Shown here one piece after another: positions 19,296 through 29,595 of a stretch of 64,000 bases of DNA. Within the stretch, counting starts at the first letter, position 1. Each line of letters begins with the position of its first letter. Source of the DNA: Myxococcota bacterium. GTDB taxonomy: Bacteria; Myxococcota_A; UBA796; UBA2385. The notes beneath the pieces are model-generated. The model saw nothing but the letters and a program-made list of their open reading frames with translations. It had not been told where the DNA came from and searched no databases. The stretch is taken from the NCBI GenBank assembly GCA_044344255.1, contig JBIJDH010000003.1:416001-480000 (forward strand). The letters are read 5' to 3'. Position numbers and translations under genes: made by a program.

Positions 19296-20888
19296 TCAGC
19301 CGCGCACGACCTCGCCCGGTCGTTCGCCCATCCCGACCCCGTCCTTCACGACCAGCCGCCCGCCGACCATCACGTGGGGCATGCCGGTCGGGTACTGGCG
19401 GGGCTGGGCGTAGGTGGCGGTGTCGAGCACGGTCGCGGGGTCAAAGACGACGAGATCGGCAGGCGCTCCGACCACCACGCGGCCGCGACCGCGCAGCGTG
19501 AGGGCGTCCGCGGCCTGGGAGGTCATCTTGCGGACGGCCTCGGGCAGCACGAGGGCACCTTGTTGGCGCACATAGCGGCCGAGCACCCGGGGGAAGGTGC
19601 CATAGGCTCGCGGGTGGGGGTTGCCGCCGAGCAGGCCGTCGGTGCAGACGTTGACGTTCGGCTGCTGCATGAGCGTGCGGATGACGTCTTCGGACTGGGA
19701 GAAGGCGATCATCCCCACCCCCATCCGCTCCCGGAGGAGGAGATCCAGGGCGAACTCCAACGGGTCCTGGCCGATCGTTCGGGAGGCGTCCGCGAGGGAG
19801 AGCCCCTCGAGCCCCGGCGCCCCGCTCTCGACGCTGGAGATGAAGATCCCCTCGGGGCCGCCCCAGCTCCAGAAGTTGTCCCAGGTGTTCGGGCCGGGGC
19901 CGAGGATGTCGTCCCGCATCCGGCGCCGCGCCTCGGGATCGGCCAAGTGGTGGAGCGTGCGCTCAAAGCCGCCGGAGTGGGCCCAGGGCGGTAGTATCGC
20001 GCCCATCATCGTCGAGCCGGCGGTGTAGGGGTACTGGTCGGCGGTGAGGCGGACGCCGTCGCGCGCCGCCTGGGCGAAGGCGCCGAGCAGCCAGTCGAGC
20101 AGCCCCCAGTTGTCGCGGCCGGCGATCTTGAGGTGGGAGATGTGGACGCGACAGCCGCTCTCGCGGCCCACCTTCAGCATCTCCTCGACGCCTGCCTTGA
20201 GCGCGTCGGACTCGGAGCGCATGTGGACCACGATCGGCCGGTCGTGTCGCGTGAGGATGCGGCCGAGGGAGATGAGCTCGGCGGTGTCGCCGTAGCAGCA
20301 GGGTGGGTAGATGAGGCCGGTGCTGAGGCCCACCGCGCCGGCGTCGAGCCCGCGCTCGAGCTCATCGCACATGCCGGCCACCTCGGCCGCGCTCGCCAGG
20401 CGGTCGTCGGGCCCGACCACCTCGAGGCGGATGTTGCCGTGGGGGACGAGGTAGGCGGCGTGGATCGACCGCGGCGTGCGCTCGATGCGGCCGAGGTACT
20501 CCGACACCGTCTCCCAGTCCCAGGTGCCGCACTTCCCGTCGAGCCCCGACAGGGTGCGCTCCATCATCGGGCGCTTCAGCCGCGACAGGGGCGCGACGCT
20601 GACGCCGTCCTGGCCCAGCACGTCGAGCGCGATGCCCTGACGCACCTTCATCTGGAGGTCTGGCTCTTCGAGCACCGCGAGGTCGGAGTGGCTGTGCGTG
20701 TCGATGAAGGCCGGGCAGAGGATGAGGCCGGGGATGTCGAGGACGTCCCCCTCCGGCGGGAGCGTGCCGCGAGGCCCGATGGCCGACACCTTGCCGTCCC
20801 GCACCGCCACATCGACATCCTGGGCGACTGAGCCCGTGCCGTCGATGAGCTGCCCACCCCGAAAGAGCGTCGTCGTCCCCACTCTCAC
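19296..20888 (-). CDS. N-acyl-D-amino-acid deacylase (D-aminoacylase, amidohydrolase family)
   Basis: PAFIDTHSHSD, GLSTGLIYPP, DQYPYTAGST, HPRAYGTFPRVL, ADLVVFDP. Confidence 0.92.
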   Translation of the reverse strand: MRVGTTTLFRGGQLIDGTGSVAQDVDVAVRDGKVSAIGPRGTLPPEGDVLDIPGLILCPAFIDTHSHSDLAVLEEPDLQMKVRQGIALDVLGQDGVSVAPLSRLKRPMMERTLSGLDGKCGTWDWETVSEYLGRIERTPRSIHAAYLVPHGNIRLEVVGPDDRLASAAEVAGMCDELERGLDAGAVGLSTGLIYPPCCYGDTAELISLGRILTRHDRPIVVHMRSESDALKAGVEEMLKVGRESGCRVHISHLKIAGRDNWGLLDWLLGAFAQAARDGVRLTADQYPYTAGSTMMGAILPPWAHSGGFERTLHHLADPEARRRMRDDILGPGPNTWDNFWSWGGPEGIFISSVESGAPGLEGLSLADASRTIGQDPLEFALDLLLRERMGVGMIAFSQSEDVIRTLMQQPNVNVCTDGLLGGNPHPRAYGTFPRVLGRYVRQQGALVLPEAVRKMTSQAADALTLRGRGRVVVGAPADLVVFDPATVLDTATYAQPRQYPTGMPHVMVGGRLVVKDGVGMGERPGEVVRG

Positions 20889-21025
20889 CTCACGCGAATG
20901 GTTGTATCCAGGCGCTCCCCGCTCCGCCCGGGCTCGCGCCCTCCGCTCGCCGGCTCGACGTCGACGCGTCCCGAGACTGGGCTATGTTCCGAGTGGGCGC
21001 TTCTGTCCACGCGACGGGGTAGCCC

Positions 21026-23173
21026 TTGGATGAAACTGCGCAGGTCAATTCAGCCATGGGAGGGTCTGCCCGGACGGCCGCGCCGCCCGGACCGCCGCCC
21101 GGCTCTCCGGCCGTCACCGCCGAGCGACCTGAGCTCGACCTCCGGCTCACCCGCCTCGTGATGGCGGCCACCCTGGACGACCGAGTGGAGGCCTTGGAGG
21201 ACCTCGCCTCCTGGCTCCACCCTCCGCGGGGATGGGGCCCCTGGCGCCGCCTCCCCACCCGACCGGCGATCCGCCTGCGGTGGATGTTGGGCGCGGTGGA
21301 GGCCTCGCCGGACGGTGGTCAGTCGCTCCGAGCCCGCATCGGAGAGCTGGCGAGGGGCCTTCGGTACGAGAGACTGTTCACGGACACCGGGCTCCCTGGA
21401 GAGACGAGCTTCTTCGATGAGTGCCAGGATCGGCTCGCTCGGGGCCTGCTCCCGGAGCCGCCCGCTGGGTTGGACGCGGCGCGCCTGCTCTATCGCCTCT
21501 TCCCCGATCACCGTCGGAGCCGTTGGTTCTTCGCGTTGGACCCGGGCCTCCGTCGCCGCTTGCTGCGAACCTTGCTCCCGGAGCCCGTCCCCGCCGCCGG
21601 CCCGGCCGACGCCGCGCTTCGAGAGGCCGCGGTGCTCCTGTCCGTCCGGATCGCCGAGGCTGGCTCGGCCGACCTGCTGCGCGACCGTTGCCCTGCTTTG
21701 TCGGTTCGGAGCTCGGAATTCCTCCGCCTCCCGGGCGAGGTGCGCGCGCTTGTCTGGCCGCCCGCCGAGGGGCCCTGGCCGGTGGAAGGGGCGGCGGGCG
21801 GTGTCACGGCGACCCTCGAGGCCTGTGAGGCGCGCTTGCGAGAGGTGGAGGGGACGCTGGAGCACAGCGGTATCAGCCTGCGCCTCGTGCACCGCTTGCG
21901 GCACCTCCGCGACCTCCTCGCGCGCCTGCGCAGCCTCCTGCAGGTGCTCCGGTGGGGCGTCGGCGTGTCGGAGGCGGAGCGGACCTCAACGGTGGAGGGG
22001 GCCGATGACGACCGGCCGCCCTCCTTGGGGGAGAGCGCGCGGCTCGAGCTCTTGCACGACCTGGTGCGCGGCGGGCTCACCGACCGCAGCGCCTGGGACG
22101 CAGTTCGGGTCAGCAGCCGCCTGATCGCCCTGCGGGTGATCACCCGGTCGGGGCACAGCGGCGAACATTACATCGCCCGCGACCGGGCCGAGCAGCGCCA
22201 CCTCCTCGCCTCGGCCCTCGGCGGCGGCGCGGTGATCGCGCCGGCGGTGCTGATCAAGCTGCTCGTCTCGGGCGCACACCTGCCGCTCTTCTTCGAGGCG
22301 ATGGCCTGGGGCACGAACTACGCCGGTGCATTCGTCTGCATGCAGCTCGTCGGCTTCACCCTCGCCACGAAGCAGCCGTCCATGACCGCCGCCACCCTCG
22401 CCCACGCGATCCACCGCGAGGGCGGCACCCCCGACCTGGAGCCGCTGATCGATCAGGTGGTGAGCACGGTGCGGAGCCAGCTCATGGCGGTGCTCGGCAA
22501 CGTCGGGATGGTCGTCCCGGTGGCCCTCGGTCTCTCGGCCCTCTATCGGCTCCTCCACGGGAGCCCGCTGCTCAGCCCCGATTATGCGGACGCGCTCTTC
22601 GCCCGTCACCACCCGCTCGACAGCGGCACTCTCCTCTTCGCGGCCTTGAGCGGCCTGGCCCTCTGGCTGGGCGCGATGGTGGGCGGGACTGTCGAGAACT
22701 GGTTCGTCTTGCGGCGCCTCCCCGAGACCCTGCGCACCCACCGTCGGCTCCGTCACTGGCTCGGCGACAAGGGCGCCGCTCGCCTCGCCGCCTGGAGTGA
22801 ACAGAACATCTCCGCTCTCGCAGGCAGCCTCGGCCTCGCCGCGCTGCTCGTCTGCGCGCCGGTGCTGTCCGGCCTGTTCGGCGTGCCCACGGAGGTCCGG
22901 CACGTCACCTTCGTCACCGGCACCCTGGTCTTCGCCGCCGCGACGAGGGAGCCAGCTGGCTGGCTCGCCCCCGACGCCCTCTGGGCCTTCTCCAGCATCG
23001 GCCTCGTCGCGATCCTCAACTTCGGGGTCAGCTTCTCGCTCGCGCTCTTCGTGGCCCTCCGGGCGAAGGAGATCCGCCTCCAGGATCAAGCGCGACTCGG
23101 CCTCGCCGTGCTGCGCCGCTGCCTGTGCCACCCCTTCGACCTCCTCCGCTCGCCGGCGAGCTCAGCGCCGTAG
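21026..23173 (+). CDS. Gcr/'site-specific recombinase' family multi-pass membrane protein
   Basis: Family motifs GEHYIAR, FTLATKQPSMTAATLA, RSQLMAVLGNV, EVRHVT; several TM helices. Confidence 0.8.
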   Translation: MDETAQVNSAMGGSARTAAPPGPPPGSPAVTAERPELDLRLTRLVMAATLDDRVEALEDLASWLHPPRGWGPWRRLPTRPAIRLRWMLGAVEASPDGGQSLRARIGELARGLRYERLFTDTGLPGETSFFDECQDRLARGLLPEPPAGLDAARLLYRLFPDHRRSRWFFALDPGLRRRLLRTLLPEPVPAAGPADAALREAAVLLSVRIAEAGSADLLRDRCPALSVRSSEFLRLPGEVRALVWPPAEGPWPVEGAAGGVTATLEACEARLREVEGTLEHSGISLRLVHRLRHLRDLLARLRSLLQVLRWGVGVSEAERTSTVEGADDDRPPSLGESARLELLHDLVRGGLTDRSAWDAVRVSSRLIALRVITRSGHSGEHYIARDRAEQRHLLASALGGGAVIAPAVLIKLLVSGAHLPLFFEAMAWGTNYAGAFVCMQLVGFTLATKQPSMTAATLAHAIHREGGTPDLEPLIDQVVSTVRSQLMAVLGNVGMVVPVALGLSALYRLLHGSPLLSPDYADALFARHHPLDSGTLLFAALSGLALWLGAMVGGTVENWFVLRRLPETLRTHRRLRHWLGDKGAARLAAWSEQNISALAGSLGLAALLVCAPVLSGLFGVPTEVRHVTFVTGTLVFAAATREPAGWLAPDALWAFSSIGLVAILNFGVSFSLALFVALRAKEIRLQDQARLGLAVLRRCLCHPFDLLRSPASSAP

Positions 23174-23284
23174 GGTGGCCGCCGCTCCGCTCGCGCGAGG
23201 CGGAGTCGACGTAGGGCATCACCCGCCCGGGAGGCGGCGGACCCCGCGCGGAGATAGGCCGCCCCGCCCTGCCCGGAACCGAAC

Positions 23285-24001
23285 ATGGCCCGTGAACGAC
23301 TCGACAAGCGCCTCTCCGCCCGCAGCGGCTTCAGCCGCACAGAGGCCGGCAAGGTGATCCGCCGCGGCCGCGTGACCGTCAACGGCGAGGAGCAGGACGA
23401 CCCCGGCTACGTCCTCCCGGAGGGGGCCGTGGTGGCGCTCGACGGGGTCGCCTTCGAGGACCCGCTCCTGGTCGCCCTCTTCCACAAGCCCCTCGACATC
23501 CAGTGTACGGTGGGCGACCCCTGGGGCCGCCCCTCCCTCACCGAGGTGGCCGGCAAGCTGCTCGACATGGGCCTCCATCCGGTCGGCCGCCTCGACGCAG
23601 ACACCGATGGGCTGCTCATCTTCTCCGCCGACGGTACGCTCACGCAGCGGCTCCTCCACCCGCGGCACGGCGTGGTCAAGCTCTACCGGGCCGAGGTCGA
23701 GGGCAACCCCGACGAGCGCCTCACCGAGACCCTACGAATGGGGGTCGAGACGGCGGACGGCACCTTCTCGGGGGAGGTCCGGGGCATCGAGGGCAGCGTG
23801 GTGATGCTCGCCGTCCAGGAGGGCAAGCACCGGATGGTCCGCAAGATGCTGAACAACGCGGGCTTCCCCGTGAAGACCCTCCGGCGCGTCGCCTTTGGGC
23901 CCTTCACCCTGGGCGAGCTCGCCCCCGGGGCCTGGCGGGCGCCGACCCCGGAGGAGCTCGCCGCGCTCCAGCCGGTCAGGCCGGGAAGCTCCCCTCGTTG
24001 A
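23285..24001 (+). CDS. rRNA pseudouridine synthase, RsuA family
   Basis: S4 domain RLDKRLS...GRVTVNG; catalytic PVGRLD; EGKHRMVRKM. Confidence 0.92.
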   Translation: MARERLDKRLSARSGFSRTEAGKVIRRGRVTVNGEEQDDPGYVLPEGAVVALDGVAFEDPLLVALFHKPLDIQCTVGDPWGRPSLTEVAGKLLDMGLHPVGRLDADTDGLLIFSADGTLTQRLLHPRHGVVKLYRAEVEGNPDERLTETLRMGVETADGTFSGEVRGIEGSVVMLAVQEGKHRMVRKMLNNAGFPVKTLRRVAFGPFTLGELAPGAWRAPTPEELAALQPVRPGSSPR

Positions 24002-24602
24002 TGCGGAGGGTGTCGGCGGTGGAGAGGCGGGGCTTCTGGGCCATGTTGCCCGCGGCGAGGGGGCCGACCGCGATCATGATCGCGGGGAAGTAGCGGGCCG
24101 GGACGCCGAGCACCTGGCTCACTCCGGCGGGGTCGAAGCCGATCATCGGCCCGCTGCCGTAGCCCTTCTCCTCAGCGGCGAGCATCAGCGCCATGCCGGC
24201 GAGCCCGGCCGAGCGAACCGCCTCTTCACGGGCGGAGGCGGGGTTGCCGTAAAAGTTGCCCGACATGTTGGTCATGTAGTCGGCGGTGCCCTGGTCCATG
24301 AAGCCTGCGGCCACCGCGCCCTTGAGGCGCTCGGCGAAGACGATGTGCGCCGACATGTCGCCGAAGAGCACGAAGACCGCGGCCGCGTCGCCCACCTTGG
24401 CCTGGTTGTAGGCCACGGCCTTGAGCTTCGCCTTGAGCTCGGGGTTGGTCACGGCGACGAAGCGGATGTGCTGGATGTTGAAGGAGCTGGGCGCGAGGCC
24501 GGCGAGGGCGGCGAGCTCGGTCACCTCGGCGTCGCTGAGCGCGGCCGAGCTGTCGAAGTTGTTGGCGGAGATGCGGTGATGGAGGGCGTCAACGACGTTC
24601 AT
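23976..24602 (-). CDS. Nitroreductase family protein
   Basis: RISANNF, APSSFNIQ, YNQAKV, GPMIGFD. Confidence 0.9.
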   Translation of the reverse strand: MNVVDALHHRISANNFDSSAALSDAEVTELAALAGLAPSSFNIQHIRFVAVTNPELKAKLKAVAYNQAKVGDAAAVFVLFGDMSAHIVFAERLKGAVAAGFMDQGTADYMTNMSGNFYGNPASAREEAVRSAGLAGMALMLAAEEKGYGSGPMIGFDPAGVSQVLGVPARYFPAIMIAVGPLAAGNMAQKPRLSTADTLRINEGSFPA

Positions 24603-24732
24603 GGAGGCTCCTGGGGTTTTGCCCCGCCCATGTAGCGCGTCGCCTGATCGGAGACAGGGTTGGGTGGATGGGTCTCGCTGTTGCAGAGGTGGCAACAGAG
24701 GGCCGGCGGCGGAGGCCGGCGCCCGTCGGGCC

Positions 24733-25221
24733 TCACTCGATCGGCGGACAGTCCTGTTTGATCATGGTGTATCTTCCGGCTTTCTCCGCAGGGACGAACA
24801 TCTGCGGGACGTCGGGGGTCGGGCTCCCCTCTCGCTCCAGGAAGATGAGCTCGGTCTGGTATCTCTGCGACCATCGGAGCAGGAAGGCCGGCTGGGGCTC
24901 GCCGTCGTACTCCACCTCGAGGGTCAGCACGTCCCCTCGGCGCCGGGCCGAGGTGATCGTGTAGGTGACCACCTCCTGCCCCAGGTTCTCGAGGAGGGTG
25001 TCTCCACCGTCTCGGATCGAGAGGGCGCCGTTGGCCGCCTCGCAGGGCTGATCGATGACGAGCTGCTTGCCCTGGAGCTGGACCTCCACCCACTCGGTCG
25101 GCACCGCCAACAAGCCGGACTTCTGCCAGACGCCGCTGCAGGCGAGCATAGGGATCGCGATCGAGAGGACGGCGACGGAGAGGACCGCGAGTCGGAGAAG
25201 GGTCGATGCTCGTCGCTTCAT
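24733..25221 (-). CDS. Hypothetical lipoprotein
   Basis: Lipobox MLAC; 9 bp downstream of the YceI gene, same strand. Confidence 0.6.
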   Translation of the reverse strand: MKRRASTLLRLAVLSVAVLSIAIPMLACSGVWQKSGLLAVPTEWVEVQLQGKQLVIDQPCEAANGALSIRDGGDTLLENLGQEVVTYTITSARRRGDVLTLEVEYDGEPQPAFLLRWSQRYQTELIFLEREGSPTPDVPQMFVPAEKAGRYTMIKQDCPPIE

Positions 25222-25230
25222 GGGCCAGTC

Positions 25231-26226
25231 CTATCCGGCCTTTCCGGCGAGGTCGAAGCTGAACTTCAGCTTGTCCTGATTCTTCAGCGCCCCCATCATC
25301 GCCTTGAAGGGCGAGAGGCCCCAGTCGGAGCCTTGAATCGAGAAGCCTCCCTTCGCCGAGAAGGTCCCTTCGCCCAGCTTGACGGTGGCCTTGATGCTCA
25401 GCGGGCGGGTCTGTCCGAGCAGGTTCAGGTCGCCCTCGACGGTCACGGCGCCGCTCGTGGCCGAGCAGCTCCGGCTGGTGAACGAGATCGTGCTGTGCTC
25501 GTCGCCGTTGAGCTGGTCGCGGGCGAGCATGTTCTTGCGGACGTCGTCTCGTTGACCGCTGGAGAGCTCGGTGTCGTAGCCCACCTTCTTGCGCATGGCC
25601 GGGGGGTCGACCTCCAGCTTGGCGACCGGTACGGAGATCTTCACCGCGCACTGGCTCGGTTCGGTGGGGTGCCAGGTGGCGGTCCCGGTCCAATTCCGGG
25701 CGACCACCACGTGATCGTGGGAGAGGCCTGCCCCCATGGTGTCGGGGTCCTTGAAGACCTGCACGTAGAGCGCGCTGGCGCCGGTGTTGAACGTGTAGGT
25801 GACAGCGGAGGGGGCGGCTTCGGGGGCGGCGACCGCGGGGGCGGCCTCGGAGGCGGTCGTGGTCGCCGGGGCGGAGGCTGGCGATGCGGCGGGCGCAGCG
25901 ACGGCGGTGGCGGGCGCCGCCGGGGTGGAGGCCGTCGGGGTGGCGACCGTCGAGTTGGAGGCCGTCGGAGTGGGGCCCGTCGGCGAGGGCTCGGTCGCGG
26001 TCGTGGGTGTCGTTTCGGTCGCGGTCGCGGTCGGTGTTTCGGTGGCGGTCGTCGGTGCGGTTGAGGGGGGCGTAGTGTCGGGGGCGGCGGGCGCCTGCGC
26101 CGGGGCCTCCGGCGGTGGGGTGGGGGCGGCCTGTTCGCCGCTGCAGCCGATCAACAGCCAGAGGGCCCCGGTCTGGAGGGCGCTCCGGCGCGGCGAGGGG
26201 CGGATCGGAGGGGGGGACCATCGCAT
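25231..26226 (-). CDS. YceI-family lipid/polyisoprenoid-binding lipoprotein with Pro/Thr/Ala linker
   Basis: LLIGC lipobox; HDHVV, QLNGDEHSTISFTS, VEGDLNLLGQTR, GALKNQD. Confidence 0.8.
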   Translation of the reverse strand: MRWSPPPIRPSPRRSALQTGALWLLIGCSGEQAAPTPPPEAPAQAPAAPDTTPPSTAPTTATETPTATATETTPTTATEPSPTGPTPTASNSTVATPTASTPAAPATAVAAPAASPASAPATTTASEAAPAVAAPEAAPSAVTYTFNTGASALYVQVFKDPDTMGAGLSHDHVVVARNWTGTATWHPTEPSQCAVKISVPVAKLEVDPPAMRKKVGYDTELSSGQRDDVRKNMLARDQLNGDEHSTISFTSRSCSATSGAVTVEGDLNLLGQTRPLSIKATVKLGEGTFSAKGGFSIQGSDWGLSPFKAMMGALKNQDKLKFSFDLAGKAG

Positions 26227-26447
26227 CGGAGCTCCACAGGGGTGGCCGGGGCGCCCGGCGCGCCATGTTCGCCGAGCCCGCGCCGCTCCGCAAGGTGAAG
26301 GGAGCGGCCGGGCGACTCCCCGTGGCCCCCCCCCGCGTCACCCCGCGCGACAATCGGGCGACCTTGGGCCGTCGGCGGCCCCCCGTCGGTAGCGGGAGGG
26401 GTGGACGGTGGATAGCGGGGCGCCCCGTCCCAGCCCCGGAAGTCTCC

Positions 26448-27542
26448 ATGGCCCTGCAAGCCGGAATCGTCGGCCTCCCCAACGTCGGCAAGAGCACGCT
26501 CTTCAACGCGCTCACCGCCGCGGGCGCCGAGAGCGCCAACTACCCCTTCTGCACCATCGAGCCGAACACCGGCGTCGTCGCCGTGCCCGATCCCCGCCTC
26601 GCCCAGATCATGAACGTGATCGCCAGCAAGCAGATCATCCCGGCTGCGGTCGAGATCCTCGACATCGCCGGCCTCGTGCGCGGCGCCTCGAAGGGGGAGG
26701 GCCTGGGCAACCAGTTCCTCGGCCACATCCGCTCCGTGGACGCCGTGCTCCACGTCGTCCGCTGCTTCGAGGACGCCGACGTCGTTCACGTCGACGGCGG
26801 GGTCGATCCCGACCGCGACATCGACACCATCGACATGGAGCTCATCCTCGCAGACCTCGACAGCGCCTCCCGCCGCGTCGACCGCTTCACCAAGCTCGCC
26901 CGCGGCGGCGACAAGGAGTCCATCCTCCACAAGGCCGTCGCCGAGAAGCTCGTCGCCTTGTTGAACGACGGCAAGCCGGCCCGCGCCGGGGACTGGACGG
27001 AGGCCGAGCTCGCGAGCGTAAAGGAGGCCCAGCTCATCACGAGCAAGCCCTACCTCTACGTCTGCAACGCCGACGAAGCCGGCCTCCAGGGCGGCAACGC
27101 CTGGATCGACCGGGTCAAGGCCCGCGCCGCCGCCGAGAAGGCCCGCGTGGTCATCATCTGCGCCAAGGTGGAGGCCGAGCTCTCCGAGCTCGAAGAGGCA
27201 GACCGCAACGCCTTCCTCGAGGACCTCGGCATGTCCGAGTCCGGCCTCGCCCGCCTCGCCCGCGAGACCTACGCCCTGCTGGGCCTCCAGACCTACTTCA
27301 CCGCCGGCCCGAAGGAGATCCGCGCCTGGACCTTCCACAAGGGCTGGAAGGCCCCCCGCTGCGCCGGCGTCATCCACACCGACTTCGAGAAGGGCTTCAT
27401 CAAGGCGGAGGTCTACACCATCGCTGACCTCATCGAGTACCGCGGCGAGGCCGCGATGAAGGCCGCCGGGAAGCTGCGGTTGGAGGGGAAGGAGTATGTG
27501 GTGCAGGATGGGGATGTGATGCACTTCCGCTTCGCGAACTGA
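26448..27542 (+). CDS. ychF: Redox-regulated ATPase YchF
   Basis: [33 protein letters not shown]-terminal [16 protein letters not shown]. Confidence 0.98.
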   Translation: MALQAGIVGLPNVGKSTLFNALTAAGAESANYPFCTIEPNTGVVAVPDPRLAQIMNVIASKQIIPAAVEILDIAGLVRGASKGEGLGNQFLGHIRSVDAVLHVVRCFEDADVVHVDGGVDPDRDIDTIDMELILADLDSASRRVDRFTKLARGGDKESILHKAVAEKLVALLNDGKPARAGDWTEAELASVKEAQLITSKPYLYVCNADEAGLQGGNAWIDRVKARAAAEKARVVIICAKVEAELSELEEADRNAFLEDLGMSESGLARLARETYALLGLQTYFTAGPKEIRAWTFHKGWKAPRCAGVIHTDFEKGFIKAEVYTIADLIEYRGEAAMKAAGKLRLEGKEYVVQDGDVMHFRFAN

Positions 27543-27642
27543 GCCCGGGCGATCCGCATGGCAGATAGTGAAGTCGTCACGAGGTAGATCGAGGCCCGGT
27601 GTTCTGGCTCTCTTGGACCCCTGCTCGATGGTATCACTTCCC

Positions 27643-27667
27643 GAGACTAACGGAATGCGTTAGTCTC
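27643..27667. promoter_or_regulatory. Perfect 10-bp inverted repeat, putative AbiEi operator
   Basis: GAGACTAACG-gaatg-CGTTAGTCTC ending 5 bp before the abiEi start; AbiEi proteins autorepress via promoter inverted repeats. Confidence 0.7.
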
Positions 27668-27672
27668 AGGCA

Positions 27673-28470
27673 GTGATGCCACAGGACCGCGCCCGCACTT
27701 GGCTCGACTCCCTCCCCGCCCGCGGTCGGTGGTGGTTCACCTCCGATGACGGCGTCGCCGGGCTTGGCGGAACCCGAGAGGCCGCGTTCATGGCGCTCGG
27801 TCGCCTGCGGCGGAAGGGCCTGATCGCGAGCCCCTACCGGGGTTTCTACCTCGTGCTCCCGCCGGAGTACCGCGAGATGGGCGCCTGGCCGGCTGAGCAT
27901 TTCCTCGATCCGCTGATGCGCTGGCTCGGCGAGCCCTATTACCTGGGCCTGCTCACCGCCGCGGCGATGCACGGCGCCGCGCATCAGGCGCCCCAGTGCA
28001 CCCAGGTCATCGTGGCTCGGAGCCGTAAGCCGATCGTCCTTGGCCCGGTGCAGGTCGACTTTGTCGCCCGCCACGACATGGCCGGCACACCCACCGAGAC
28101 ACGCAACACCCGCATGGGCACCGTGCGCATCGCGACGCCCGCCTCCACCGCCCTCGAGCTGGTCGGCTACGCCGAGCGTTGCGCCGGGCTCTCCCACGTC
28201 GCCACGGTGCTCGTGGAGCTCGCCGAGGGGATCGAGGCCGGCGCCCTCTCTGCAGAGGCTCGGCGCGCTCCGGTCGCCTGGGTGCAACGCCTTGGCTGGC
28301 TGCTGGAGAAGGTGGGCCAGCCCGACCTCGCCGCCGCGCTGCTCCCCGACGTCTCCGCCCGTGGCGCCTCGCCGACGCCGCTCTGGCCCTCCGCCCCGAC
28401 CCGCGGCGCCTCACGGGACCCGCGCTGGCACCTGATCGTGAACGCCGACGTGGAGCTTGACGAGCTGTGA
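27673..28470 (+). CDS. abiEi: Type IV toxin-antitoxin antitoxin, AbiEi family
   Basis: N-terminal wHTH-like segment (LGRLRRKGLI..PYRGFYL); YYLGLLTAAAMHGAAHQ; QRLGWLLE; GTGA overlap with abiEii. Confidence 0.88.
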   Translation: MMPQDRARTWLDSLPARGRWWFTSDDGVAGLGGTREAAFMALGRLRRKGLIASPYRGFYLVLPPEYREMGAWPAEHFLDPLMRWLGEPYYLGLLTAAAMHGAAHQAPQCTQVIVARSRKPIVLGPVQVDFVARHDMAGTPTETRNTRMGTVRIATPASTALELVGYAERCAGLSHVATVLVELAEGIEAGALSAEARRAPVAWVQRLGWLLEKVGQPDLAAALLPDVSARGASPTPLWPSAPTRGASRDPRWHLIVNADVELDEL

Positions 28471-29297
28471 TCACCTTCCCCTACGTTCAGGCTTGGCGCG
28501 CCCAGGCTCCCTGGCGCGACGACGCGATGGTTGAGCAGGACCTCGTGCTCTCCCGCGTGCTGGTGGAAATCTTCCGCGTCCCCGAGCTCGGCCTTGCCCT
28601 CGCCTTCCGTGGCGGCACCGCCCTTCACAAGCTGCACCTCGCTCCAAGCGCGCGGTACTCCGAAGACATCGATCTGGTACAGACCTGCCCCGGGCCCATC
28701 GGCCCGACCCTCGACCGCCTTCGTGCGGCGCTCGACCCCTGGCTCGGCACGCCCAAGCGTGACATCAAGGAGGGAAGGGTAAACCTTACCTATCGATTCA
28801 CTTCCGAAGGCGAACCGTCGAGGCCGATGCGGGTGAAGATCGAGATCAACTCGCGCGAGCACTTCTCGGTGCTAGGCTGGGAGCGCCGCCCCTACGTCGT
28901 CCACACCGACTGGTTCACCGGCGAGGCTCTGCTCACCACCTTCGCCCTGGATGAGCTCATGGGGACCAAGCTCCGCGCGCTCTACCAGCGTAAGAAGGGC
29001 CGCGACCTCTTCGACCTCGTCCGCGCGCTCGACCGGGGCGCCGACCCTGGCCGCGTTGTCGCGTGCTTCGAGCACTATATGGCCGAGGGTGGGCACCGTG
29101 TCACCCGCGCGCTGTTTGAGCAGAACCTGCACGAGAAGCACCGCCAGGACATATTCCGGCAGGACATGGCTCCCTTGCTGCGTCCGGACGTCGTGTGGGA
29201 CCCCGGGGCCGCCCTCGACCGCGTCCTCACCACTCTCGTCGCCCTCCTCCCCGGCGAGCCATGGGCCGGCGATGGGGACTCACTCGACTGCGCCTGA
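28467..29297 (+). CDS. abiEii: Type IV toxin-antitoxin toxin, AbiEii nucleotidyltransferase
   Basis: VEQDL, FRGGTALHK, RYSEDIDL, KIEIN, KGRDLFD. Confidence 0.92.
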   Translation: MITFPYVQAWRAQAPWRDDAMVEQDLVLSRVLVEIFRVPELGLALAFRGGTALHKLHLAPSARYSEDIDLVQTCPGPIGPTLDRLRAALDPWLGTPKRDIKEGRVNLTYRFTSEGEPSRPMRVKIEINSREHFSVLGWERRPYVVHTDWFTGEALLTTFALDELMGTKLRALYQRKKGRDLFDLVRALDRGADPGRVVACFEHYMAEGGHRVTRALFEQNLHEKHRQDIFRQDMAPLLRPDVVWDPGAALDRVLTTLVALLPGEPWAGDGDSLDCA

Positions 29298-29443
29298 CCG
29301 CGCCTGTTCGGGAGGGGGCGGTCTACGGTCTGGCGAAGCTCCTGCCCGAGCAGCCCCACCTGCGGCGCCTCATCGAGGCCCACACCGACAGCCGCGAGAC
29401 GAGCCCGGGTGTTCGGCGGGCCGCCTGGAGCATTTTGGACTGA
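29298..29443 (+). pseudogene. Probable 3' remnant of a HEAT-repeat-like gene
   Basis: Frame reads VREGAVYGLAKLLPEQPHLRRLIEAHTDSRETSPGVRRAAWSILD*, with no independent start after the abiEii stop. Confidence 0.4.
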
Positions 29444-29595
29444 TCGCGCCCTGAAATTTACAGCAAAGGACGCAGAGAACGCAGAGGGAGACGGGAGAGG
29501 CTGCGGTGCTGCGGACGAATGGGGAGATTGGAGAGATGAGACAGGATGAAGTACCGAAAGAGCCGACGAAAGAGTGAGAGAGTCCCTCGATAAAC

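Noticed and set aside
21026..23173. 'Site-specific recombinase' family gene as the island integrase
   Set aside because: Polytopic membrane protein without tyrosine- or serine-recombinase motifs, and it lies outside the island
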